64,000 nt of DNA from Zygnema circumcarinatum SAG 698-1b. Its lineage: Eukaryota > Plantae > Zygnematophyceae. The stretch is from NCBI GenBank assembly GCA_037447605.1, contig CM074806.1, forward strand, positions 3,286,001 through 3,350,000, written 5' to 3'. Below are positions 12,430 through 28,250 of this stretch, one piece after another (within the stretch, counting starts at the first letter, position 1; every line of letters starts with the position of its first letter). The position numbers and the translations under genes are program-made. The notes below the pieces were generated by a model. That model had not been told where the DNA came from and searched no databases. It saw nothing but the letters and a program-made list of their open reading frames with translations.

Positions 12430-13896
12430 CTAGATAGATTCACACTGGTCAGAGCTGATTAGGGCGTTGACATGCTTTCGAAGACGATAGTGGTTACGAG
12501 CCACAAATATTTTTGCTCCAGAAAGGCGGTGATAAGTTTTGTGGTATGCTTGGAAGTCGAGCTCAAAACCTTTGCGGGCGAAGATGATGTTGGTCCCTCC
12601 AAAGTAACTGGCCAAGATGCTGTTGCCGCCCTGCACACTCATGAAGCATCTCGAACGGGCCATCATTCGCAGCTGAACCTCGTTAAAGGAAAGTCCAGGG
12701 TTGAGTTGGTGAATATCTTGCATAAGCAGTATCCTTCCCTTATACTCCTCCTTCAGATACAATTTTCTCACAACTTTGTAGTCATCAAGACGGAGCGCTC
12801 TGTTGTCAACTGCCTGCCATTGGTCCTCCGCAATTGCGTTCCCAGGGCGGTTGTAGACAACAAAGTATCCAGCATTCAAAAACCTGTGGAGTATAGTCCT
12901 CAAGATGCTAATGTCTAGAAAATTGATAGGCCCTTTGTTCCACTCGTTCGACAGCTTATTTGTGATCACGACAAGCCTTCCCCCTGCCGGTACATCTTGC
13001 CACACCCTCCCCCATTCTCGAAAATGCACTGCAAGGGGAGGTGGATACCAAGCTACAGGAATTTTGCTCTTGTGTAATCCTCGCCTCCATCCGTAAGGTT
13101 TGAGCAGATTCTTATAATCATCTCGGACGCACGATGAGTCATGCGAGTGGTTCTCACTAAACCAGTAAAGGGTGGCGACACTTGGATCGCCGCAGCTGAC
13201 AGTGGAAGCCAGCGTCCCGTTCAGAAAGTGGAAATAAGCAAACGGCAAAACAACCATCAATTCGTATCCAAACTCTCCCATAAACTTAATCTTGACACCG
13301 ACATTGCTTTTCTTCGCTGTACGCCGAGTCGCGCAGGGTTTTGTGTTTTCATTGGTATACGTCACCACAGGAACCCTCTTTGACCACTTCTTCACCTCTC
13401 GCAGATATTCGTCTGTGTCAGGCCGGTCATCTACAAACACTGCTGAGTCCAGGAAATCATCTGGGTCGTTGATTCCGTGCGGGCCCCAAGGAGGAGGAGG
13501 AGGACCTGCAACAACCCAATCTCCCAGATCCCCCCCTCCTTCCTTCCCTCCCTGTACGAGCTGCTGCCGGGAGCCTGGCGACCCATTCTGCTCCCCGGCT
13601 CCACCTGCATCTTCCTCGCTCTCCTTCAAGATTCCGACAACTCCTTCCGACATTCCTTCTTCCCCGGCTAGTTTTGGTGACTTAGTAAGGCCGTCTGCCA
13701 GTCTTCTGCGAGCATCTCCATGTTTGGAAAACCATGAAGCTGCTCCAGTTGCAGCATCTGCTTTAATTGCAGCTGTTGAGAGCAAGTAGACGAGAAGGAG
13801 CAGCGCGGACGGACAGTTCCCTCTCAAAAAATGCTTTGTAGCCGCTGTCGTGCAGCCACACAATCCGCCTCGACTGCTCCGATTTAAGGTAGCCAT
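12430..13896 (-). CDS. Intronless type II membrane protein, putative GT-B-fold glycosyltransferase-like
   Basis: ~488-aa ORF from ATG 13896: N-terminal hydrophobic anchor (ALLLLVYLLSTAAI), disordered stem, then a globular domain GEFGYELMVVLPFAY...MARSRCFMSVQGGNSILASYFGGTNIIF. Its end resembles the nucleotide-sugar-binding C-terminal motif of GT9-like GT-B enzymes. The function is inferred. Confidence 0.7.
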   Translation of the reverse strand: MATLNRSSRGGLCGCTTAATKHFLRGNCPSALLLLVYLLSTAAIKADAATGAASWFSKHGDARRRLADGLTKSPKLAGEEGMSEGVVGILKESEEDAGGAGEQNGSPGSRQQLVQGGKEGGGDLGDWVVAGPPPPPWGPHGINDPDDFLDSAVFVDDRPDTDEYLREVKKWSKRVPVVTYTNENTKPCATRRTAKKSNVGVKIKFMGEFGYELMVVLPFAYFHFLNGTLASTVSCGDPSVATLYWFSENHSHDSSCVRDDYKNLLKPYGWRRGLHKSKIPVAWYPPPLAVHFREWGRVWQDVPAGGRLVVITNKLSNEWNKGPINFLDISILRTILHRFLNAGYFVVYNRPGNAIAEDQWQAVDNRALRLDDYKVVRKLYLKEEYKGRILLMQDIHQLNPGLSFNEVQLRMMARSRCFMSVQGGNSILASYFGGTNIIFARKGFELDFQAYHKTYHRLSGAKIFVARNHYRLRKHVNALISSDQCESI

Positions 13897-14078
13897 TTCA
13901 GTACTCAAGAACTGCCCTAAACATAAATCTACAGCGACCCGAAATGCGCACCTGATCTTCTGTTTTTCCTCAATCGCAACCTACGACACCTGCTGCTGAA
14001 GTAGGCGCTTTCCAACACCCGAATCCACAAGGGGACTCAGGGCGAGTCCTCTTCTAGCGGCCTCCCCCCCATGGAGCG

Positions 14079-14650
14079 ATGCAATGCAGTGCAATGCAAT
14101 GCAGTGCAGTGCGGGGCACCTCGCTGCGAGCGAGCACCTTGCACTGCCCTACCTCTGCTGCTCCTCCAGGTGGCTCTATGTTTCATTTTCCATGCTGCGC
14201 CACCCCGTTCAACGGAACTGCGCTCGGGAGCGTGAGGCATAGAGCGCTGAGGCGCCGCTGGAGGCTTTATGGCTCGCGGCCTTTCGACATTGACGTGACG
14301 TGACGTAGCGTGACTTGGTCAGTTGGTCCAACTGTCCAAGGGTGGCACTGGCACTGCACTGCAGAGCGCCGATAACCCGCGTTGACCCTCGTTGACCCTC
14401 GTTGACTCTTTTCGACTCCCGTTGACTCGCGTTAACTCCCCACCACATGCGGCCATACCGCCATGGCGCGCGTGCATGGCCATCAGGCCATGATGGCATG
14501 TTGATGCTATACTGGGATGATTGGCAACGAGGCATTATGGCATGGCATGGCACTGGCGTCCACTGATGACATGGCATGGTTATTGGAATGGAGCCTTGCG
14601 ACTGTTGCAAAGGCATGACATGGCATTGCATTGGCGTATGGCGTGGAAGC
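14079..14650. repeat. Array of short tandem repeats ((TGCAR)n, (GTGAC)n, (GTTGACYCYC)n, (CATGG)n) upstream of the GT-like gene
   Basis: Directly visible at ~14080-14110, 14291-14314, 14381-14430 and 14470-14640. Confidence 0.8.
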
Positions 14651-16300
14651 ATGAGATCGCGGCTTGTCCTGGCATTTAGACGGCGTTTTGTGTTCATTTG
14701 TTAAAGAGAGAGAACGGACTCGGCAAGATCACCCCCGTGAGGATGATGTTCAGGAGCGCAGGTCAGGGTGTCCCTACGGCCGGGTCATTGTCGTTTTTCT
14801 TTTTTCTTTTAAGGAAGAGCCCGTCAACAAAACGTACTCAGAAGCCCTCCGTGGTAGATTTGAAACCATCCCCGGTGCATCGACAGAGCAGGTGTCGTCA
14901 ATACCACGTCTTACGATAGATCAGAAAAGAACGCTTCATAAAGGCTGTGGCCAATTCAATCGCTCCAATGATAGAGGACCTACAAGCACACCCTTTGTGC
15001 TTCAAGGACTCTTCCAGTGCTTGGAACCACCATCCGAGCAAACACTTGCAGCTTGCTGGATCCATGGACAGGCCAAAATAATTTCTTTTGGAACGGCCTT
15101 TTTGAGTTTATTGACTCCTTGTTCCCATTTTTCAAGTAGGTCTTTAAGATCTTTGTCCAGTGCTAAACTATAAGAAGCAATATAAGCTTTGGAAGCTTCT
15201 AGTCTTTTTAGGGAAAGTGGTTTTTTTACCCCTCTTTTTGCCAAGTTCGCCAGCTTACGGTAACATGTTCACAGTACAATCTACTTTTTGTGCCCCCCTT
15301 CATTGCACGACTATTTGCCGTCCCACGGACTGTAGGACAATGATGACTGGCGCGCTGCCGACTGCAGAACTTTGGGATTTGTAGGTTCCTGAATAGCTGC
15401 ACGCTCTGCTCAACGTTCACCATTGGCGCGAGCAAAGCCGATTGACAGCAGCGGGATCGTGTTCTGCAGACGGAGCATTTTTTAAGCAAAAAAAGAATAC
15501 CGTGACTGATGAAGGTTCATGCGAGGCGCACACTTTCAGGCGAGCCCACATGTTACCACTTCTCCCTGCAGACGAACAGGCACCTTAATCTGAGATCAAG
15601 ATCTCTCTTACACCTACTCAATCTTGCAATCCTCAAATCCAGGAGCGTGCAATGATCTGCACATCAATACAGAGGCTTTAGTCGTTGCTAAGTCTCGTCT
15701 GCTAACCCAAAAAAGTTAGAGCTTGCACACAACCTCAATCCCTTTAAGGCGAACGGGTTTCATGTTTATCGCCACCTCCAAGAAGCTATTGATCATTATG
15801 CCAAGAAGGGCGCATGTACAGCATTGGAAACCATGTCCATAGGGCAACAAGACTTCTTCAAACAGCTTTCCTTTTTATTCATGGTAAGCCTGTCAGTGGC
15901 ATCCTCAAAGAATAGCCGTACAAAGCAGCATGATGAATATTTAATTCCCTATCGATTTCAACAAAGCGACACTTCTTCCAGCAAATCCTGCACCATATGC
16001 TAACCATGCCGCATTGGATGGTACGGCTCATTCCGTATACACATTTGCAGCGCAAAGGCAACTCTCTTCTCCTCGTTCTCTACATGTTGCAGAAGCTCAC
16101 GCCTCAAAACAGTGACCCATAACGTTTGAAGCACAAAAAAGGACATAGAAGAAAGAGGCCCTTTACCCATAATCAGCCCTCCCAAACAGTTTTATAGTAA
16201 TAGGAGGCTGTTCCACCTGAACTCAGGGGAAGTCACATCTATTAGAGGCCAACCTACTAGCCTAAAAAACCATTCACTCATTCAGAACGACCTGCAACTT

Positions 16301-17023
16301 TTATCCGCTGAGATTCGGCGTGACTGGACTGTTCAGCGACTCAACTCCAAATTCCAGCGGAGTGTTTGGACTCAAAGTGCGCCCTAAAATATCGTCTGCA
16401 TCGAGGTCAAATCGCCCCGCTGGTCTCCGGGACCGCATTGAGGAGCAGGCAGCTTCCCTGTCTTCCTTCTCTTTCGCCAGCGCTCCCCCCACAGCAGTCA
16501 TTGTTGAAATTGCGTGTTTTCTGGAGTAAGGCAGTCCTCCTACCGCAGCAGATCCCCCTGCATTCCTCGCGGGAACAACGATCTCAGGTCGTCTGGACCT
16601 GCCAGCATCGACAGCAATGGCGCCCTGAGAGGAAAGCCCTTCCTGCAGAGGAGAATGAAAGGGAACTTCTCTGAACCTCCCCCTCTCGTTCTCCCTCACT
16701 GCCTCTCTAACGTTCTCACCTTCTCTCTGCAACCTTCCTTGCACTGCCCCGCTCTGCTCCCCAATATCGGTATGTCCACCGTTAAAATTGGAGATGAATA
16801 TGACCGGCCTATGAACAACCTTCTCCGTCTTCTGCAGAATCTTCCAACGGGTGGCTTCCTCGGGTGACGCCACGTGGATTCTTGTCGGGGCCCGGGCGCG
16901 GGAAGGGGAGGGAGGAAGGGATGACTGCTGACTCCTAATTATTCTAAGGACCATGAGGATGCCCATGGGCACCAAATTTAGGATTATAAGGCCTACGATG
17001 AGAGGGTCCGTGAAGATGCCCAT
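16301..17023 (-). CDS. Uncharacterised single-pass membrane protein (intronless, ~240 aa)
   Basis: Open frame with N-terminal TM (PLIVGLIILNLVPMGILMVL) followed by a basic stop-transfer and a disordered Ser/Pro tail; a GC-rich G-box island lies upstream at 17150-17990. No family recognised. Confidence 0.55.
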   Translation of the reverse strand: MGIFTDPLIVGLIILNLVPMGILMVLRIIRSQQSSLPPSPSRARAPTRIHVASPEEATRWKILQKTEKVVHRPVIFISNFNGGHTDIGEQSGAVQGRLQREGENVREAVRENERGRFREVPFHSPLQEGLSSQGAIAVDAGRSRRPEIVVPARNAGGSAAVGGLPYSRKHAISTMTAVGGALAKEKEDREAACSSMRSRRPAGRFDLDADDILGRTLSPNTPLEFGVESLNSPVTPNLSG

Positions 17024-18870
17024 GCTTTCAGGTCCTTCTGATACGAATAAAAAATGACGCAAAAACGTCAAATTCATAGACCAAATATCCAGAACTACAG
17101 CCTTCCGAATGTATAAGAATCCACGCCCATGCCCCCCGTGATGTGTCCTGCAAAGCGAGCCCTTTTGCGCCCTCTACCCGTCCGCCATGGCCTGCCTGCA
17201 GTTAGGTCAGGCAGGCAGGCAGGCAGACAGGCAGGCAGGGCCCTTCTTTCAAGAATACGTACAGCGCGAGGCCCTCCGCGAGGTACCGCCTATCCGTTCG
17301 TTCTGTCGGGCTCTCGTTCAGCCGCGTTCCATGCGCGGTCCCCCGTCAGCAATCCCCCGCGAACGGGTTTTAAAGCAGCGTCAAGATGGATCCCCCGTTG
17401 GGGTCGTTGCCGGGAACTGGGCCGCGAGTTCCATGCCATCCGGAGCTGCCCCGGGCCTGCTCCGGAGCTGCCCCGGTCCTGCTTCGGACCTGCCCCGGTC
17501 CTGCCCCGGTCCAGGCGGCGACCGAACCGAACCGATCCCGCGCGCGGCCGAATCGCAGCGCGGGGTGGAGCCGGGCCACGTGGCGGCATGGAGAAGCGCC
17601 ACGTGGCTAAGCCAGCCAGGCCAAGCGGCCCGGCGCAGCCTGGGGCGCGTGCAGATCGTCCGAAATCGTACGGACGGTCTCAAGGCCACGTGGTGGGACA
17701 CATCCGGCCGCTCGCCATGGACCGCATCTTCGCCACGCTGGCACTCGGCGGCGGAATTTTAGGGCATACGTGGCATTGGCATGGTCATCGCCACAGCCAT
17801 AGCCATAGTCATACTGTAGTTCGCTCTTCGCTGTGCGCTAATGCGCTTGCACCCGCCGGAGGGAGGGAGGGAGTGCCACAGCGCCTCCCGGTCACATGGG
17901 GGGGGGGAAGAAGGCGCCGTTTGCTTCGCCCAGCAGGGCAGCAGGAGGGGAGGGGAGGGGAGGGGAGGGGAGGGGAGAGGGGGCACGCGCCCCCACCTGC
18001 TGCGATGCACTCAAAAGCAGGCGTCTGCGCGAAGCTTTAGCAGACCCAAAACCCGGTCACGGAGGCTGCTGTCTCCAGAGCCTGAATAGATGTTGTTTGG
18101 AGCTGGAAGTTCTATTCTGGACTACGAATGCAAGTCCACTGACTTACGGTGATCTTGTTCGTAACTTGAGGCGTGGGAAAGGGGGAGGGAATTGGTACGA
18201 TGCTGCAATTATACTGTGCAATTTTGAGAAGCATTCCTCCAAGGCTCCAAGGCTTACTGGACATTGTTTGAATAGTTAGTTGTATTTTGTAAAATTCATA
18301 TGCAAAACTGAGAGTGGTTTGGGCCACTTCAATTCCGAAGCTCAAACTGCACGTTACAGCGACAAAGTCAGTTGTTTTTAGGGTAGCGAAGTCTTGTACA
18401 TGGATCAATACAGGGCAAAACTTCGTAGCAAGCTTGAACGGAAGCAGACCGTCTAGGGGAAAGAAAGCCTAAAAGCTAAAGAAGAAGCTTGAGTGTTTCA
18501 GCCAAGTGTCAAGGCCCTAGACCTTCATTTAATACTGTTGGAAAACCACAGCCAAAAAGAATTGATCCAGCTCAATTCTTGCTTCAACTCTTGCCCGACT
18601 AATTAATTGTAAGCAAGCGACAGCGTCTTGGTTTTCAGGTCCCTGGACAGTAACGATTCTAAGTTCTAACGTAAGAGTACTTCGACATACAGCTACACTC
18701 TGTACAAACAAACACATTTCTTCCTATTTTAGTCATACTCCGGCTACATCGTAAGCTCACCCTAACCTTGTAACCTACTTAGTCTACATTTACGAATATC
18801 AACCCCCCTGCTATAATCCCATATCCCATTCTTAAAAATCCCTTCGTGCCGTTTCCCTCCCTTACCAAGG

Positions 18871-23740
<4,870 letters not shown>

Positions 23741-23744
23741 CCCT

Positions 23745-25400
23745 CAGTCCCGCACACGTGTCCCTCCTGTAGAGGCCCTCCCTCCCTCACTCCCTCCCCT
23801 TCTCCCTCTCTCTCTCCCTCTCCCTCCCTCTCTCCCTCTCCCTCCCTCCCTCTCCCTCTCCCTCCCTCCTCTCTCTCTCCCTCCCTTTCCCTCACTCCCT
23901 CCCTCTCTCCCTCCCTCTCTCCCTCCCTCTCCCTCGCTCCTTCCTCCCGGCTCCGCTCCCTCCCAGCGCCAGCCGCCGCCGCGCCGTGGCAGGGCGGAGG
24001 CGCGTGGAGCCCGCCGCATGCGCTGGCGCGCGCTCCCATTGGCCCTGGAGCCGCGCGGCCAATGGGAGCACGACCACCCGGCGAGCGCCTCGCCACGTAA
24101 CCCGTCAGCGGCCGGGCGGCGATTGGTCGGACGGGATACGCGCACGGCCCACGACGGATCTCATGCCGCCTGGGAGATCCCACGTGGCAGATCCGACGCT
24201 GAGTGTGGCGCAAACGGCCAAACCGGCCGACGTGGTGGACCGTACAGCGCGGAATCTGGAGGGGCACAAAACGACGCTGGACATAATTGAGGCCGTATGG
24301 TAGGTTTGTCGTGTATCCTTCACGTCGCTGTACGGAGGGGTCGACGTCGGCGGCGCGGAGGCGGCGACGTTTGTCTGTTTCTGCGCCGCGCGGGCGGCAG
24401 GCGTGGAACGTGCGGAGGCGCGCGGTCGTTTGGTTGCGGGCGGGCGGGACGGTTAGGGCTGACGTGGCGCCCATCCGGACGGGGCAGGTGAGGCCAACAG
24501 AGCCGCGCCGCCGTGGACCCTCCTCGGGACGCTGCGGCCGTTGGATGGGGCCGGCGGCGACCGAAGCCGAGGGAGGCGGACGGCGGCGATGGGATGGCCG
24601 GCCATGGCCGCGAGCGAGCCGGCCCTTCGAGTCAACGCCTGGCACAATTCAATTCAATTCATTTCTAACGATGGCGATGCCATCACAAATACATGTCAAA
24701 AGCATCATGGGGAACCACCAGGAACTGGCCACAAAGAAAAAAGCTGTGGAAACCTACGCCTAGGCTTGGGATCAATGCCACATCCCCCCTTTTCCAAGGC
24801 TCAACAATGCATCCCTAGAATATGCAGGTCGACGATAAGTGCTTTTTTAAGACTTTGATTATGTGCCATACATACATACCTGTACTCGTTTCATTGCCCG
24901 CGATGTGGCCCGCTGAGGAGTTCAAGGCGCGACCCCTGCATGCCTCCGCGGCTCCATCCCACAAACTTGGGAGGAAGCGTACAAACGACCCTGTGGAAAA
25001 CCGTCACTCCGCCTCCGATACGATACGATACACTAGCGCCGAGTTTCTCGATGTATCGAATACCGCCACGTATCGTATCGGCAGTCCCCGCTCTCTGTGT
25101 CGCCCAGTTGCGTAGTTCGTTGCCTCCGCCCCCGCCCAACAAGGTACGGCACGGCCAGTATTCCGTACAATTGTTCGAGCCCCGCGGCAGGGGCCGTACA
25201 ATATGCCGTACTGTTCAGGCGTACGGTCACGAGCCGCGGCGTAGCCACTGCAACGCGTGACGTGACATGACGTGACGAAGCAGCCGCGAGCGCTCATTGG
25301 ACCGACGGCGCGACAATTTTTGTCTCTTGAAGGGAGGGAGGGAGGGAGGGAGGTAGGGAAAGAGGGAGGTAGAGAGAGAGGGAGGTAGGGACAGGCAGCC
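23745..25400. promoter_or_regulatory. Bidirectional promoter region between two divergent alpha/beta-hydrolase genes
   Basis: Head-to-head ATGs at 23740(-) and 25401(+); purine-rich leaders on both sense strands; CCAAT boxes; G-box at ~24180; five GTAC sites in 25143-25226. Confidence 0.6.
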
Positions 25401-26309
25401 ATGGCCGCGTGGGGTGAGACAACTCTTACGGGCTCTACGGCGCCATTACACTTCTACGACAGCGCGCCGTCTTCCTCCGCGCTGCCCGTGCTCATCTTCC
25501 TGCACGCGATCCTTGGAAACAGCGGGGGGCTGCAGCCCGTGGCCGCCAACCTCGTGGAGAGCTACCGCGTCATTCTTCCTGATGCTCGGTGCCATGGCGG
25601 CTCCAAGCCGGCTACAGCAGGGACTTTCACTGTGGCCAACATGGTGGCCGACCTGGTGAAGATCATCGACTACGTTTCCCCTTCTAAGCCCGTTTTCCTT
25701 GTAGGCCATGCCATGGGCGCCTCTGTGGCGGCCCGAGTAGCAAAAGACTACCCGCATCTCGTGATGGCTCTTGTTCTCGAGAGTCCACCATGGGGCTCAT
25801 TCTCCAATACCGGGAACAGCTATTTGTTGCGACGCGGCGGTTCTCCCGAACGGTATTCTTCCTCCTGCATAGATCTCACTAAAAAGTTTTCTACAAGGCT
25901 TGTGAATGCGTTATCTGTAATGTTGAATAATACCGACGAAGAGATCGTAGCTCTAGGAGAGGCGAAACAGCTGTCACCTTTGCAGATGGGTATCATAGAG
26001 GCACAATTAGGGTTCGATTATGAAAACTGTGTACAGAACTTGGCGGCCGTCATGGCGGAGGATTGTGAGGTGGTGGACGGCCTGGGGATGCACGTTCGGC
26101 TGCAGCTGGGAGAGGCGGTGCTCCCGGGAGAGGGCCTGCAAATGAACCTCCAGCTGGCAGTAAAGACGCTCGCCACGTGGCGGCAGGGGAGCCTCAAAGT
26201 TTTCCATAATGCCAGCCATCTGCTGCACGTGCCGCCCACGGAGGAGGCATGGCTGCAGGACGTGACCACTTACTTCGGGCAATTTGGGGCAGCGGCAGCA
26301 GCCGCGTGA
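25401..26309 (+). CDS. Alpha/beta-hydrolase fold protein (Abhydrolase_1/6 type), nucleophile Ser replaced by Ala; intronless
   Basis: GCAGCCATGG start; VLIFLHAILG, YRVILPDARCHGGS, VFLVGHAMGASVA, LVLESPP, FHNASHLLH. Confidence 0.9.
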   Translation: MAAWGETTLTGSTAPLHFYDSAPSSSALPVLIFLHAILGNSGGLQPVAANLVESYRVILPDARCHGGSKPATAGTFTVANMVADLVKIIDYVSPSKPVFLVGHAMGASVAARVAKDYPHLVMALVLESPPWGSFSNTGNSYLLRRGGSPERYSSSCIDLTKKFSTRLVNALSVMLNNTDEEIVALGEAKQLSPLQMGIIEAQLGFDYENCVQNLAAVMAEDCEVVDGLGMHVRLQLGEAVLPGEGLQMNLQLAVKTLATWRQGSLKVFHNASHLLHVPPTEEAWLQDVTTYFGQFGAAAAAA

Positions 26310-28250
26310 CACGACGGACCGTTCCATGGCGAGTGCCCCAAAGGCCTCCCTCCGGGCTGCACAAGGTTCGGATAGGACATTACTAAGCCATTGATCTAGT
26401 TCTCCTTGTACATGATTGTAACTTTTTTATGTATTTATTTTGTACTCATTGTCCCATGTTCATGTTAGCGGCAGCTTAAAATGGGCTTGAATCGATTGAA
26501 TGCGCGACATGGCATGCATGGAGGCTCCCCTATGCGCTTTAGACCCTCCACGGCTGCGCCCTTCACCGCTTCTTCTAGTTTACGTGTGATGATGCCAAGA
26601 AAATGCGTCCGTTATTGGGTTTTGCAGAGTCCATACATGATGCTCAGCTTAGAAGTCTCATTGAACCTCTCTGAACGATTCGTAGAGGTAGCATTGTGAG
26701 ACATCATAGCTTGAGAAACTTGCGAAACATTCTCCGATGTGTGTGGGTCTGCCGTTCGGTGATAAGAGTCGGCGCAAGGATCACCTGAAAATACAAACTT
26801 AAAATAGGGCTTAGGAGAAAACAAACAGTTACAGTAGCAGCAAAGTGCAATCTGCATTAGCCAAAACTCAACGAAAATGTCTACCAAACAACGCCGTGGT
26901 TTCATTCAAACCAGCCACGGCACCTACTTATGCAATTCGAGCTATCAATTTCGCACACAAAGCAAGTTTAACAATAGAACTTTTCGATTTTTTCAAACGA
27001 CTCATCAACTTTCAATCCGAACGTGCACGCATGTTTGACATGTGTAATCCCCCGTTCTCCAATTTCCCTACTTTTAACGAGGCTGCATTTTGTTTCGAAC
27101 CTTGTTGATGTTTCATGTTTTGGCGGTGCGGTACTTCGTCTTTTCTGCCTTAGACTGGAGGCTCCTGCACGAAGCAGTCGCCAAAAGCACGGGTCGAAGG
27201 GGACGGCGGCCGCGTACGGCCGCCGTGCCTTCACATGCGCAAACTGAACGGTGAAGCGTACGGCGGAACATACGGCAACAAAAATAAAAACTAATAATTC
27301 TATGCAAAATTGACAGTACTGTAGATGTTAAGCTGTGGTGTTCGCAGCAAAATACAGTACATAATTTTCCGGTCCTTAGATCTGACTGGTTGATTGGAAC
27401 ACCGAATCGGGCGGGCGGCGGACCGACAAAAGCAAACAGAAATGATACGATGATGATACGGTACTTTTGTACGAAAAGTACGAAATGGACGGAAAGGTTT
27501 GTCGGGACAGTACGACCAATAGTGACGGTCTAGCTGGCCTTATCTGCGTGTCAAATCGCCGTCGTCTCGGGCCTGGCCACCACGTGGCAGTTGACGTGGC
27601 CAGGGGCGCGGAGGGCCACGAACCGCCGTCTGGCCGCGGCCCGCACGTGTGGCCGCGGACCGGGCGGACACGCCGGAGGCCCGGACCGCAGGCTCGAGAG
27701 AGGTCTGGGGAGCCCCCCACTGGGGACCGGACGGACTGAATCTTGAGTCCGTATAGCCACAGAATCAGACAGACAGGAGCAATCAAAGATTTGGCTGCTC
27801 AAAAAAGTAACTGATTGAAACCAGTTTCTTGAAAAAAAAAGCCGTTTCTAGTTTTCTCATCTGTTTTTGTTCAATATGAATGATTCACGAATGCAATTGA
27901 AGATTGAACAATTACGCGCCGCTCGGGCTCAACTTGAGTTTAGTTTACATCCACTGATCAACAATGAGATTCTGGCAAATCGCAACGCTCCCTGGAAATT
28001 CTGGCTCTGTACCCGGCTGTACCGTACGGTAATCGTTGATCTCATGATCTGGCGCAAAAATTCGTATGAATAAACTCCAGCCCGAGTTAAGCCGAATCCC
28101 TCAGATTGTTCGAATCCTTCAGGTCACAACTAGAATTCACAAGTGTGACCGAACGTATTGGGAATCTGAACCAATTTTTTCAAATCGAGCAAATTTCGAC
28201 CTCGAGTGTTCAATGTTGAGCCAAATTAAAATATTTTTAAAAAGAAACTA

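Noticed and set aside
15340-15392. Box C (ATGATGA) ... box D (CTGA) snoRNA candidate
   Set aside because: Too short, no terminal stem and no recognisable rRNA guide.
17129-18040. 303-aa and overlapping GC-rich ORFs; likewise 23649-24763 and 7736-8471
   Set aside because: Arg/Pro/Gly-rich stop-poor frames in CpG-rich promoter DNA with no domain signal.
28100-28125. GTTCGAATCC tRNA T-loop/B-box match (also ~50353)
   Set aside because: No T-stem or cloverleaf; the second hit is inside a coding exon.
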